Positions 40,701-53,800 are shown, counted from the whole stretch's first letter. The stretch: 61,298 nucleotides of DNA, filler included, from Sphacelaria rigidula (GCA_964200075.2; 3 parts of 3 records of this genome joined end to end with filler, not necessarily neighbours in it), one strand, 5' to 3'. A program made the numbers and translations. The notes: generated by a model from the letters alone, not told the origin.

Positions 40701-40833
40701 AAGTAGCAGTGGTGCTGGTCGAGCTATCTAGGGGAGTGGCGGTGGAAGCAGGAGCAGCGACGACAGGCGCAAACATTGCTGGCGGCGGACCAGCAGTAGT
40801 CGCTCGCCGATCGAATTCAATGGCGGCGTCAGG

Positions 40834-40932
40834 NNNNNNNNNNNNNNNNNNNNNNNNNNNNNNNNNNNNNNNNNNNNTTAATTAATTAANNNNNNNNNNN
40901 NNNNNNNNNNNNNNNNNNNNNNNNNNNNNNNN
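40834..40932. other. Assembly gap with artificial TTAATTAATTAA linker
   Basis: N-run/TTAATTAATTAA/N-run. Confidence 0.95.
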
Positions 40933-41893
40933 NGTCATCACGTCAAGAACCTAACGGGAGAAAATTATTTGAAAACGGTTGCAACGGGGTCGAATTATAC
41001 CCGAAACCGTAATGTTTCGGTGATGTGGAGTTTGGCGTCGTCTAATTTCCCCTCATGATACGCAGGAAAGACCCAGGGAGTCTCGTGACGATTTCCCTTA
41101 TATATGTTGTAGAAAAGCTCAGATCATCCTCAAACTTGGCAGTTCCGAAGTTATTAATGCTCCAAATGGAAAAAATGTGTTCTTGGCAAGGGTTTAGAGT
41201 TTCTCCGTTCTCTACCGGCTTCCGGGGGTCCCAGTGCAAAGACCCCCGAAAGGCGGTACGTGATGACTCAGAAGAAGAAATGATAAGATGATGCATCCCG
41301 GAATGGTCCAAGGAATACATGTACAATTTTTGGTGGAGGAACTCGAAAATCTCATACAATTTTTCCTGCCTTAACGTAAAATTCGCCCTAAAAAATGTTT
41401 TCATACTCAAACCAAGTAGTTAGGAGTGTGCACGTTTTATGCTCACATCCTCGCACAAACGCGCAAATCTTCGCGCATTTATTAGGAGTTAGACCCTGAA
41501 ACTTTCCACGAATGTACTATGAATCATTCCGCAAGTTTCGATCAACGAGGTTTTTCTCATCCTTGATTTTTTTTTTTCACCGTTTCTCGGGGGTCCGATG
41601 GGGGATCCAAGTCGTTTTTTCGAAGTCATCCATTCTGGGACCCGGGAAAACCGGTACTGGTTTTTTTTTTCTCATTTTTTTCGCGAACGCTCTACCGCCG
41701 CAAAACCCAAGGAAGAACCCCACAAAGTTTTGTGGCCAAACTCGATTAACTGGTGCTTGAATTTTCATGTTCACGTCGAAAAAGGCCCAAAAACTTCATT
41801 TTCATACTAAAATCTTGTAGTTTGCCGTTTCACCGTGGCACGGCAAGGTTCATCGCACAAACGCGAAAAACTTCACACCGTTTTGAGGAGTTA

Positions 41894-42380
41894 GGCCGGA
41901 TGTCATGGCACACAGATTTTTGGCCCACGGATTGTTCACTTTTATGGCGTTTGAGCCACTTTGTGACCCCCAAGCAGGGGAAAATCGCCAACACACGTCG
42001 TGGACACTTTACATCACCCCACAGAGAGAAGCCTAGCCCACTTTTAGATTTGCTTGACTCTAACGTTTCGAGAGCGGCCGCTGAACAAAAATCCGTGTGC
42101 AACAAAATCTACGGCGATCTCCACAGATTATTGGCCAAACTGGCGGGGGTCGGCAAGCACGGGATTTCGCATACGAATTTTTGTTCAGCGGCCAATCTCG
42201 AAACCTCGGAGCCAAGCGAACCTGAAAAGTGGGCTAGGCTCCTCCTCTCTGTGGGGTAATAATGCAAAGTGTCCAAGACATGTGTTGGCGATTTTCCCTA
42301 TTTGGGGGTCAAAAAGGGGAACAAACGTCCCAAAGGTGAACAATCCGTGGGCCAAAAATCTGTTGCCATAACATCCGGCC
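41894..42380. mobile_element. PIF/Harbinger-like foldback MITE 1
   Basis: TTA|GGCCGGATGTCATGGCA...TGCCATAACATCCGGCC|TTA; inverted symmetry runs over most of its 487 bp. Confidence 0.75.
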
Positions 42381-42383
42381 TTA

Positions 42384-42763
42384 GGCCGTTTCTTCCGGTT
42401 CGTATTTTGTTTGGCTCGTATTTTCCACTTGTAGGACATTTGACAAGGTTTTTGACTCCCGAATAGGGAATATGGCCACCACACGTCTTGGACACTTTGT
42501 ATCACCCCACCGAGAGGAGCTTAGCCCACTTTCCGATTCGCTTGGGTCAGAGATTTCGAGAGCGGCCTCTGAACAAAAATACGAGAAAAACATAATATAT
42601 TGCACAGTCTGCAGGTATTTTCAGGAGCTCCTCTCGGTGGGGTGATGCAAAGTGTCCAAGACGTGTGGTGGTGATATTCCCTGTTCGGGGGTCAAAAACC
42701 TTGTCAAATGTCCTACAAGTGGAAAATACGAGCCAAACAAAATACGAACCGGAAGAAACGGCC
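42384..42763. mobile_element. PIF/Harbinger-like foldback MITE 2
   Basis: TTA|GGCCGTTTCTTCCGGTTCG...CGAACCGGAAGAAACGGCC|TTA; ~140-bp near-perfect TIRs; shares internal sequence with MITE 1. Confidence 0.78.
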
Positions 42764-42766
42764 TTA

Positions 42767-43240
42767 GGCTACTTCTTATGTATCGAAAAGTAAAACTTAT
42801 TGAAAAGGACATATTTGGCCCTTCGCCATCGTTTTTCCCACGAAAAGAGGGCTAGGCAGATGTTGACACCTTGGAATGACTTGCTCTACTCGCTGAGACC
42901 GTTCCAGAGCACCTTTGCGTTTTTCTGTAGGTCATAGTTTTATTTTTGACCAAACTTGCATTTTCAATAACAAACGGTCCAGTTATTATCAAAAAACAAG
43001 GGGAAAACTGTCATTTTTTTAATAACTTGATTGTTCGGTATAGAAAATGCATTTTTGATAAAAAATAAAACTATGACCTACGGAAAACGCAAAGGTGCTC
43101 TGGAACGGTCTCAGCGAGTAGAGCAAGTCATTTCAAGGTGTCAACATCCGCTGAGCCCTCTTTTCGGGGCAAAGACGACGGAGAAGGGCCAAAAAAGCAC
43201 TTTTCAACACCTTGTATTTTTCGAAACACAAGAAGTAGCC
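42767..43240. mobile_element. PIF/Harbinger-like foldback MITE 3
   Basis: TTA|GGCTACTTCTT...AAGAAGTAGCC|TCA; internal arms ~42860-42950 and ~43060-43148 are reverse complements. Confidence 0.75.
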
Positions 43241-43451
43241 TCAGACCCTGAAATTTTTGCACAGGTAGGTGTTCTATGGGTCTTTCCGCAACTTTGTACG
43301 GACGAGGGTTTTTTTATTTTTTCGTTTTTACCGGGATTTTTTCTGGCACCGCAGAAGGAAGGTGGGGCATTAAAAACAATTAAAAAATAAAAAGCTCCGT
43401 GTTAACCCTCCTGTATGACCCCGGCTGATGCGCCCACATATATATACCGAA

Positions 43452-43975
43452 AGGTGTAGACTGGTGCACAGAATAAATGGGACGACAACACACACACACC
43501 GTTTTACGGAGATCCGACTGCATCGAAGTTCTCCCGGAAAAAATGGGACCCCGTAAAAACGTGAAAAAAAGTCGAGAAGTAAAAAGAACCTCGTCCATAC
43601 AAAGTTGCGTAATGACCCATGGAACACCTGTGCAAAATTTCAGGGTCCAACTCCTTAAAACGGCATGAAGTTTTGCCGATGAGTGTTTTGGGGGGGTTTT
43701 TTTCCGTGAACCGGCAGGTGTAGACTGGTGCACAGAATAAATGGGACAACAACACACACACCATTTCACGGGGGTCCGACTGCATCGAAGTTTTCCCGAA
43801 AAAACTGGTACCCCGTAAAAACATGAAAAAAGTCGAGAAGTGAAGAAAACCTCGCCCATACAAAGTTGCGTAATGACCAATAGAACACCTGTGCAAAATT
43901 TCAGGGTCTAACTCCGTAAAACGGCGTGAAGTTTTGCCGGTGAGTGCTTTTGGGCCTTTCTTCCGCGAACCAGCC
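43452..43975 (+). repeat. ~265-bp tandem duplication (SINE 3' end plus one arm of a foldback element)
   Basis: AGGTGTAGACTGGTGCACAGAATAAATGGGAC...CCTGTGCAAAATTTCAGGGTC starts at both ~43452 and ~43717. Confidence 0.85.
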
Positions 43976-46304
43976 TGTAGCCATATGTACTCTCTCTCTT
44001 CTTCATTATTCATCCCTGTTTTGCTTGTATCGCGTTTTGTGAGTTTTAATCTGCGTCTATTTTGTTTTGTTTTTTTGCTAGCCCGTGACCACGGAAGGCG
44101 TCCGCATCAGATGCCCAGTACGAATTTACCCGCGCAGATATCGGAACGGTTTTTAATGTGAAGACAACAACAACAACAACAACAACAACAACGGGAATTC
44201 GATCCTCGAATAAAAGGCGGTCCACGGGGTATACTTTGCCCACGACTAGTCCCCCGCGCCAGATCTCATTTGTGTGTTTTCGTTCTCGCGCGCGTTATTC
44301 TTGGCGTGGTATGTGTTGGTACAGGCACCCAACAACTGAGTGAAGAATACTTGCCACCCGAATGACTTTGGCGTTAAGCAGCAGTCTCGAAGGCGTAATC
44401 TCTATTCCTTTGTTTCTTTTTTCTTTCATCATTCTGTGTTTTTTTTGGTGCTCCCGACCACGGGCTGCATTGTTGTAATCAGCTAATGCGAGATAATCAA
44501 TCAAATCAATCATTCAATATCTTCAACGCTCCCGGAAAACCCGACAGTATGCGTAGGTGCTCTCTTCTATTCGCTTCATACCCGGACGTACATGCTTCGA
44601 GTGCGAAGAAAGTCAACATCCAGTACACGTGAACCGTACAGGCGCAATTTACTGTTACTGGGAGTGAGAAGCCTATACATGAAATGAACGAAAAATTGCC
44701 GAGATAACTTCGGCGCCCCTACAAACGGGTGCATGGATCATCTATAATGCATATCTACCTTCAAACTCAATCCCCCCTTGTACCCCGATGACGTGAAAAA
44801 CACACACCCTGGACAAAAGATTACACTGTCAAGAGTGTACGTACCGCGTACAGGATCAACTATCACGTCTAATGCAATAGACAAGAGATTCCATACTGTA
44901 CGCAGTACACTTCCTGACAATAGAACTCGTTGTCCAGGTTGTGGAAAAACATATGAAAACCAGATCGTGTGTGTTGTCCCTCTCTACTCACACCCCCCCC
45001 CTACAGAGAAGAGGTGGAAACCACTATTCAGCACCCCGGTAGTACTGGGATACAAGCTTCAATATAAAACACTACCCTTCGAGATCGTGTCGTCACAATA
45101 TTCAACAGCCCAAGCCGAAAGTTCGACTCTCATCAACATGTTGTACTAGAAAACTACGTGGAAAAGGACAAGTAAAAAATACACAGCATCCCACCATTCT
45201 TACAACAACGGAAACGGCGAAAAAAAGGGAAAGATATGAACTGGACCGGCGTGCCAAAACAAGGCATCGTCAAATGATGGAGTAGTACCTCAGGGCAGGA
45301 AAATGACTCAGTACACCAATACACACCCCTGTCGGGTAAGACGAACGGACAGGTCGGAAAGGGCAGCACAATGAGATGGGACACTTCCGCTATATTTCGC
45401 TGACCAACCGATACGGAGGCAACCTGGCCAAGAAAGTTCGATACTTCTGAATGAACCTCGTTGGAAACAACCTCCGCATGAAGCCCTCCTGGCTACCCTC
45501 ATTCCCCTCATATATGTCGGGCGAACTTCTTCCTTCGTCGCCAACACATATTTTGATTGATTGATAGATCCATGACGGGGAAGGCGAAGAACACATTTCA
45601 GCTGCTCTGTTTCACCATCTCGTGGCTTCGTGGTGCCCCCAAAGCTGACGCCGCATCTTCCATATATCGCCCTCACACTAGTCCGAGGGGGCGACTCCCA
45701 GACTGGAGAAATTCCACCACACACAGTACTTTACGTACATGTGATCGCTGACTCAAAATCCATCGACGTAGTGCACGACCCACGCCGCATTGACCCGCTC
45801 ATCAGCAACCCTACGAGAACACACACACACCGCCCCCCCCGCCAAACAAGAGGGAAAAATAACATCTCTACCTGTATTGATAAATGTACAAGAAAGTAAC
45901 GTACCGTCACGGTGAGTAATTTCGAGAGACATATCTCGCAACCTGTGATGGATGCAGCGTGTGAAGGAGTCCTCTAAAACCATTGTCACCCCCCCCCCGC
46001 GCGCAAAATCATAACCCCCTCCCCCCCCTCCGATCTGTGACACGCACAAGATATTCCTACCCAATTCACAATCCACGGCGGACCATGCCCGCCTGTCCTG
46101 TAACGCTAACAAAGCCCCCGAAGAAGTTTGGAATGCATCCACAAAACATCGCATACAAGCAAGTAAAAGGGTCTCGGACACCCCTCCCTTCCCACACAAC
46201 CGGCTACTACTGTATATCCCTACGATACGTGTCGCACTCTGTTCTCTCATATTGGATGCGGCAACAAAACAAGAAAGAAGGGAAGAAAAAAAGAATGAAC
46301 ACGG

Positions 46305-46367
46305 CAGAAGATACTTCCATTACAATAGCGTCCAAGACAGAAGATACTTCCATTACAATAGCGTCCA
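46305..46367. repeat. 33-bp tandem duplication
   Basis: CAGAAGATACTTCCATTACAATAGCGTCCA twice. Confidence 0.85.
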
Positions 46368-47453
46368 TCCAGGGTGAAAATGTCCACGATGGGCCCGAAA
46401 GACCGTAGGGGTACGAACCCGGTGTAAAATACACCGCAGCAAAGGAAGGAAAAACGAAAACGAAAACGGCAAAAAGTTGAGATGCCACAGTCGTAGCAGA
46501 TTAAAATATGGCTGGCCGACACAAACGTTAACTACTTCTGTACACCCTGCCCATGTACCGTTCATTTCGGAGTACGAAACTAACTCTTTTGCGCCAGTAC
46601 TACATAGCGTGGGGAGGTGTCCTTTCCCGCGACGTATCGCGAAGGCTAGACAAATGTGGAAACTGAGTTGAGAAAAAGCAAAAAAAAAAAAGGGAGAAGG
46701 CCTCACCGCTCGCAAGCGAAGTAGGTTACCCTGAGAAGCTCCTCGTCACAGCACCATTTTGATTTTGATTCATTGATCGTAACACATTCACCGATCATTA
46801 TCTACAAGAGGGGACCCGGCGGTGGGTCATCATCCACGAGATGGACATATGCAAGATGAACAAAAACGGAAACGCTCAAGACAGGGGGAATGTCGGGGAG
46901 CTGAATAGGTATAATAAACACACGGACTGAACTGAAAAACAAAACCCGTAACATTGAAAAAAAAAACACGAACAGAAAAAAAACAATAGAGGAACGCGAC
47001 AGAGCTAGAAAAAAACACATATACATAATATATATATGAACGAAAAATAACGAAATGAAACTAGAAGTGGCGGGCCTCCGTTCCACGACTTCAGGTGAAA
47101 ACAGCGTTGCTCCAAAACAAGCACATGAACTCACGGGAAGTTATTCCCACTACGATGAAGGTGCACCCGCGGGTTGGGAGCGGGGGCGGCGGCGGGGGCA
47201 TGGGTAGAATACCTGCTAGAAAAGGGGGCATACATCACATCACCACATGAAAGTCTGTAGGGGACAAACCAGTTTCGTGTACACGATGGAAAATATGCAG
47301 ACATGGATTTTGAAAAAAAAGTCTCTAAGTATGTGCTCATAAATAATTATATGGCCACATACAATTACACGTACACGCACACACACACACACACACACAA
47401 GAGCTACAAGTATGAGTCCCTCAGAGACCAGTCAGCACGGTGATCGGTCGGGC

Positions 47454-47861
47454 TCAGTGGTCGTGGCCATCAGCCTCGCAATGCTGGTCCCAGATGAGCG
47501 GGATACCAACGAGCAGCGCTCCGAACACGAAGGCCACCACTTTCTTGAATTGAGAAAACCTCGATACCGTACGAAGCGGTTCCGGTTTCACCGCCGACGC
47601 ATCCAACACCCCTCCAGCGCCAGCCGTGTTGGACATGCCGCCGGAAGCTCCGGCCAAGTCATCCCTACCGGCGTGGATACTCGCGGGAGCCGCCGCCAAG
47701 GCACCCGGAGTGAGCTCTGAGAGAGCGATGAAGATGAACGACCCGCCGCCGAAGAGCAGCAACATGGCCACGTCGCCGTCGGAGAGGCTATCCCTCAGGG
47801 ACAGGATGATGATGACCCCGAGCACGGCGGATAGTGCCGACAGAAAGTTGAACACGGCCGC
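47454..47861 (-). CDS. ZIP exon 4 (TM6-TM8, C-terminal HCEADGHDH)
   Basis: Acceptor CAG|GCG; AAVFNFLSALSAVLG...FGGGSFIFIALSEL...; TGA at 47456-47454. Confidence 0.93.
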   Translation of the reverse strand, partial: AAVFNFLSALSAVLGVIIILSLRDSLSDGDVAMLLLFGGGSFIFIALSELTPGALAAAPASIHAGRDDLAGASGGMSNTAGAGGVLDASAVKPEPLRTVSRFSQFKKVVAFVFGALLVGIPLIWDQHCEADGHDH

Positions 47862-50800
47862 CTGCCCCGACATTGTGCAGCACGTGCGAAAATCGGGGAC
47901 AACGTCATATGGAGAGAAGGGGAGCACACGTAAGTTCAACGACGGATTGAGAGAGGAGGGGAGGGGACGAGGGGACGGGGGGAAGGAGAGGGGGGGGGGG
48001 TACCCATGATTCAGTATGCCGTGGTCGCACGTATGACCATCGACCTCGCATGCCCACAAAGCCGGGATGGAGCACGCCGGGGTTTCGCCGGACCAGGCTC
48101 GCGATCACTAGGCGCGAGGCGCCGTTATATTTTCGGCAAGTCGTATGGAGGGTGAGCTGCATCCCGCAAAAGATTGTTCGGCCCGAAGCATACTATCCTG
48201 CATACGGATGACAGCCTCGAATAAGTCGTTTCATTTCCTGTTTCTGGGAGATGGCGGGACGGGGGGGGGGGGGGTTACAGAATTCCAGGTCGAGGACACG
48301 TGTTGGTGTGGGCAGTCCATGGGTGGTACTTTGCCCATTTTCTTTATCTTCCTTCTTTTCGTCAACCGAGACAGGTGGCTTCATGAGGTCGTTGGTTGTC
48401 GCGCATCAACTTGTCCCCAAGGGACCCAGTCTTGGTCATTTTCCACAGCATACATGTACCCAAGGTGAACAACACGGACACGCTAGCCAAAGAAAAAGGA
48501 AGAAGGGAAGAAAACAAAAACATGTACGAAAAAAAGGGAGTGAAGTGATACAACAAAAAACGAAGAAAACAGAAACGAATCATAATCGGTGGAAAGGGGA
48601 AAGGAGAGGAAAGTAGACAAGCTGGGAAGTATAAATAGACAATAAATGATAAAACTAAACATGATCGACTTTTGCATGACTAGATGAAACAAAGCCTTGC
48701 ACACGAAAAAAGTCCCAACGGATTGAGCGCGGGGAGTGGTCATATCGTGGCTCGGTGATTTTTGCCATACCATTTCAAGATGAGCTCTTTCCCACGAGAC
48801 CTACGGAAGCAAGACACCGGACGGCTGGCTACCTATAAAACAGAGAGGACAGAAACAGCCACGAGCTGAGCAAGCCGTGGGACTTTCAAACGCACAGCAC
48901 ACAACTTGTCAAGTTTCCCGAATCAGCCCGGTTTCAGCATGTCGCTGTGAACTGCAGACCAACCTGGCCATGCACGCTCTGCCGCTGGAAAAAAAAAAAA
49001 CGTACACTTAGGGGATGCTTTGAGAAAACAAAATCCTGCGTAAACACGTACCCTCCTCACCCTCACCTCCGCCCCGGAGAATCGAACATATTTCTTCATT
49101 TCGGTTGACATTTTCTTCTTTCCCCCAATTCCCTCTCGATTCGTGCGAACGCGATGCACATTACTTCCAAAATCGTGCCAAACAAAGCCTTTTGACGTTT
49201 TCCCTTGTACCTTCCGTAGACAATATCCGTCAATCCTCTTCCAACGGCGCAGCGGTGTCATACAAAAAGTGCGACGCTGGGCCCCGCATTTTTGGAGTTT
49301 CTAGCCGAAATTTTACCTGGATCTGCGCGCAAGTACAAAATTCATTTCCGGGGATGCCGGCGTTTTTTTTTTTCACCCAGTAACGATTTTCTCCAATTTT
49401 TGGTGAAAATATTAACTCCTTCAATTTTCTGTTATTTTTTCCCTTGGCATCCCGAGAAATGTTGCGCGTGTTGACAACGAAAATGTCGAGTAAATTTTTC
49501 GGCGCCCAACTTCTCAAATTGAGCATCACGTCACCAGATTGCCGACTAGGAGCACCATCGGCTGGCACAGCTCGTACAGACAGAGGTGAAGGGAAACCGA
49601 TAAGACAGAAGAGAAGAGAACTACGGAAGCGATAGAACTTGAGGACAGGGTAAAGCATGTGTAAAGCAGATTCAGAAAACACCACAACAGGGGAACACTA
49701 CAAGGCGTCCGTCGCTTCCGAATTGGTAAATGCATCCCCACCAAGGCAAGACCGGTGTGCGTGCAGCCCAAGCAGAGACCACGCCTACACATCACGCAAA
49801 AGCTAAAATAGATTCATCTGTGCGCGTCGTGATGCCGTGCATCAAGTCCGCACTGCAAGCAAGCGCCAGTGTTTGACATGCCATTCGAGTCGCTGCAAGT
49901 CAACGCACACCTCCTCCGTCGCTCTGACTCGTCACTCGATACACAGCCCAAATGCGGCGCCGTTCACCACTTGTACATGACTATAACGGCTAGAAGTAGC
50001 CCTTTCCAGCAAGCCCTAACCTTGAATCAGGAGGTGGGTTCTGGCCACGTAGCTCTCGATTTTTCAACCACCGGCAATGTTCTAGGGTGCGGCAACGTTT
50101 TCTTTTTTAAAGGATGAGACGAATTCACTACTGGTACCCTGGCAAAATTGAACGTGTTTTTATTCCCCTCTTATTCAGCGTGAGCACCCTCTCAAGTGCT
50201 GTTTCCTTTTTCTCCTTCATGATAGTGTCATGCTTGTTTCCATGGTGAAAATCGGTCGCAACAGAAAATAGAGTAGAAACGTTGAGTTCACGTAAGTATG
50301 TTGACAAGAGAAAGAGGGGGGGGAAAGTTGTGAGGGAGGCGGGGATCAACTGGATCCGACAAGGTCGGTCGGTCGGTCGGTTTTCTCAGACCCGTCAGCT
50401 ACCTTGAGCGAGGGCATCCACGAGTCGACGCGTGTGGTCTCGTGACAAGAAGCTCACTGCGACTTTGCACCTTGTACCGAACTACAGAATGCATGGTTCC
50501 AACTCGGCACGTGGAAAAAAGGACTCGAGCCTCAGAACAAAACCCCTTTTGCGCCCTGAATACGTCGACTCCTACCCAACAAAACGTCCATGGAAGTATC
50601 ACTCGCGCGCAGCCTCTGCACGGCCAGGTCGAACACAACACAACACCACATAATGCCGGCAAAACGGGACGCCCGAAACACGGAGGCTGCTCAAGATCTA
50701 AGACACAATCATGAGACATGCCCGGATAGGTGGGGTGACTCGTGTACAGGGTCGAGCCGGGGAACATTGTAAGTGGTTTGGTCGGTGAGAAAGACCCCTA

Positions 50801-53800
50801 CTAGTTGAGAAAAAGGGATACTTTGAAGTCCGAGAGACTACCTGTGTGGGGGGGTGGCACGCCCACCTTGGTGCCTACCCGTACATGTGCGACCGGACTA
50901 CCTAACCCAAGGGCTGGGGAAGTTGGCGGGCGGAGTGCACTAGACTGCACTGCACGAAACTAGAAATAGCGAAGTGAGGGGTGAAAGGTTCTTCCATGTC
51001 TCCTGGGGACGAGAAACAAAAAAATTGGGGCGAGAAAAAACAAAAAAAAGACAAGAGACAAACAGACAAACCACGCACCTGGAGAACAGACATCCCCCCG
51101 TTGATGAGGGCCATGAAGTCGGCAAGCTCGTGCGGGATCTCATGCAAAACCGCGGCTCCCGTAACCGTCCACCCGATTGCAGAACTGCACCCCAAGAACG
51201 CAGCTCCGATCGTCACTCCGTCAGCGAAGTTATGGACCAAGTCTCCCGCAATCACCGTCCAGACAACCGGCTGCAACCCCTTCAGATCGAACACCGATCT
51301 CTCGGCGGACGAAGATATAGCGCTCCTCAAGTGTCCATCGCCGGTTTGATCCCCAGCAACCCGGGAGGTTGAGTGCGCCGGCGCCTCAACGCCTCCAACA
51401 GCTCCGGACACACCGGTGACTGCGGGTCCTGCTCCATTACCGCTGCCGTTGTTTGGTCCGAGATGAGAGTGGTCGTGGGTGTGGCCGGCATCGAGCATGG
51501 TGTGCACGACGAGACCGAAGAACATTCCCGCGAGGAGGGAGAGCCCCGCGCGCATACCATTGGCGTGAAGATCGTCGGGGTACTCGATTTCGAGGCTCTC
51601 CAGCGCCTCGGGGAGGATGTGCATCAGGGCGGTCGCCAGCAGGGCACCGGAGGCCACGAGGCATGCGTGGGAGAGGTCGATCTTTTCCGATACCTTGTGA
51701 CTAGCTACGACCAAGACTCCCACCAAGCTGGCCGAACGAACCGTACAGGTACGGGGGGGGGGGGTCGGCAAGAGCGATCGAGTTCGATTTTCTAGGGTCG
51801 GGTGAGTGACGATTCGTCTGGAAGAAAAGACTTGCTTCAAGTGTCGTTGATGATTCGTACGGTACGAATCAATCAATCATAGGGCTTTGTGGTTGGACGA
51901 GTATCGATTCTTCGTCTGAAAAAGACACTGGCTTTTGGTGTAATTGATGATTCGTACAGTACGAATCAATCAATCGTAGGGCTTTGTGGTCGGACGAGTA
52001 ACGATTCGTCTGAGAAAAGACATTGGCTTTTGGTGTTTTAGATGATTCGTACCGTACGAATCAATCAATCGTACAAGTAGGGCTTTCGTTTTCGTTTCAG
52101 CGTCGCATGCACCCCAGGTACGCACGCGCACGTCAGGTAAGTGAGGCACGTGGAATGGCGCCAAATTTGCGTGAAAACGGTGATCTTGACCTGACCCGCG
52201 AACTACCCGAAACAGGGCAACAGGAGAAGAAACAAATCGGACCCAGATAAATTCACACAGACGCGATACGAAAAAAAAACATCTCACGCGTATCATGATC
52301 TAGGTATGATTCAACTGAATTCAATAATGCAATTGGAAATTCTTTCGCTCCCACGAAACACATATTCCCTCGATTGGGAATATTCCTCAATTCACACAGA
52401 CGCGATACAAAAAAAAAAAACAGACGACTTAAATTTCTTTTATGAAAACACGGAAAAAGAAGGAGGGAAAATACTGCCAACCCAAGGGTCTGTCGAAAAT
52501 GTATTTCGGGACACGTGGGCCCCAAGATCGAAAAATCGAGTTTTTGAGGGGGGGGATCTCAGCCTGCTGTCCCCTAGTTTTTTGTCGAGGCGTCGGCGGA
52601 TACGGTCAGCTGCCGTGTACAGAGATTCTCGGCATGGAGACCGTTGAGATGACGGACACACCGCCGCTGCAAGCTCATCACCCACCACGGTTACATTCGT
52701 GGGTTAATGTTCCGTGTCGTGTGCCTCCACTATCTACCAGTAGTAATAGTCCGAGGTCCGGGCAAATTTGGCGAGGTGCGAAATACTATTGCTGCCTAGT
52801 ATATTCGTACACCAACGGTAGGCCAAGATATCGCACTCTCTCCAAGAAAAACCGCGACAGGTTCCTTCCCGGCACGGCTTCAGCAACGGAGGCAATGAAG
52901 AAAAACCGCGGGAACAGGGCACAACCGCTGATGATCAAAATTGAGGATGGAGGATGGAGCTTTGCATTGAGGATGAGAACCCAGAGGATTAAAATCTTCG
53001 TACCCATACCAAATCTTCAAAATATGGTTCCACCCCTCCACCTACTGGTAGCTATTGGCCACTGCAGCACGCCCTACAAATTTGGATTTCGACAACGAAA
53101 TGTTGGGGTCCTGGATGAAGAACCAATTTCGGGTAAGTTTGCCCCGAAATTACCCGAAATTGGTTCTCCACCCAAGACACCAACATTTCGTCCAACGAAA
53201 TCCAAATTTGTAGGGCGTGCAGCAGTGGACAATAGCTACCAGTAGGTGGAGGGATGGAACCATATTTTGAAGATTTGGTGTGGATACGAAGATTTTGATC
53301 CTCCGGGTTCTCATCCTCAATGCAAAGCTCCATCTTCGAATTCGATGATGGGCTGTTGGATGACTCAGCTTTCTGGAATCCACATTACCTCGGCAAGAAC
53401 GGGCGCCCCTCGGCTCTGCAGGGACGAGACAAAAAATGCTAGCGACATCGCCATGGTAGGAGATAAATTGAAAAAAAATGAGGGGAGAAAAATAAGGAAC
53501 CACAGTCACGGAAACAAAAATGGAAACCAAAACGACAGACAAGAAAGGGAGTGAAGAGGGCAACAGGAAAGAAAAAACTGCAACACGCACACACACGAAA
53601 TGTATCACACAAGAGAGGCCATGGAGGTCAAGAAACCCAGGGACAAAATACAAAAGACGCAACAAACAGATCAAGTGGGCAAATATGAAAACACAAGAAA
53701 CACATCCATGGGGAATACCGCTTAAGTCGTATTCCAGGGACGAGTCGGCCACCGATACAAAATAGTGCTTATCGTATCAGCTTCAGTGTTACCCCCCCCC

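Noticed and set aside
41753..44013. Many 60-170-aa ORFs on both strands
   Set aside because: They arise from palindromic MITEs and a tandem duplication, giving mirror-image ORFs with no transposase motifs.
52442..53245. 267-aa plus-strand ORF and the hydrophobic minus ORF 52786-53007 as an extra ZIP exon
   Set aside because: Both overlap the intronic foldback, and ZIP exons 2 and 3 already join in phase (AG|C) to complete TM1.
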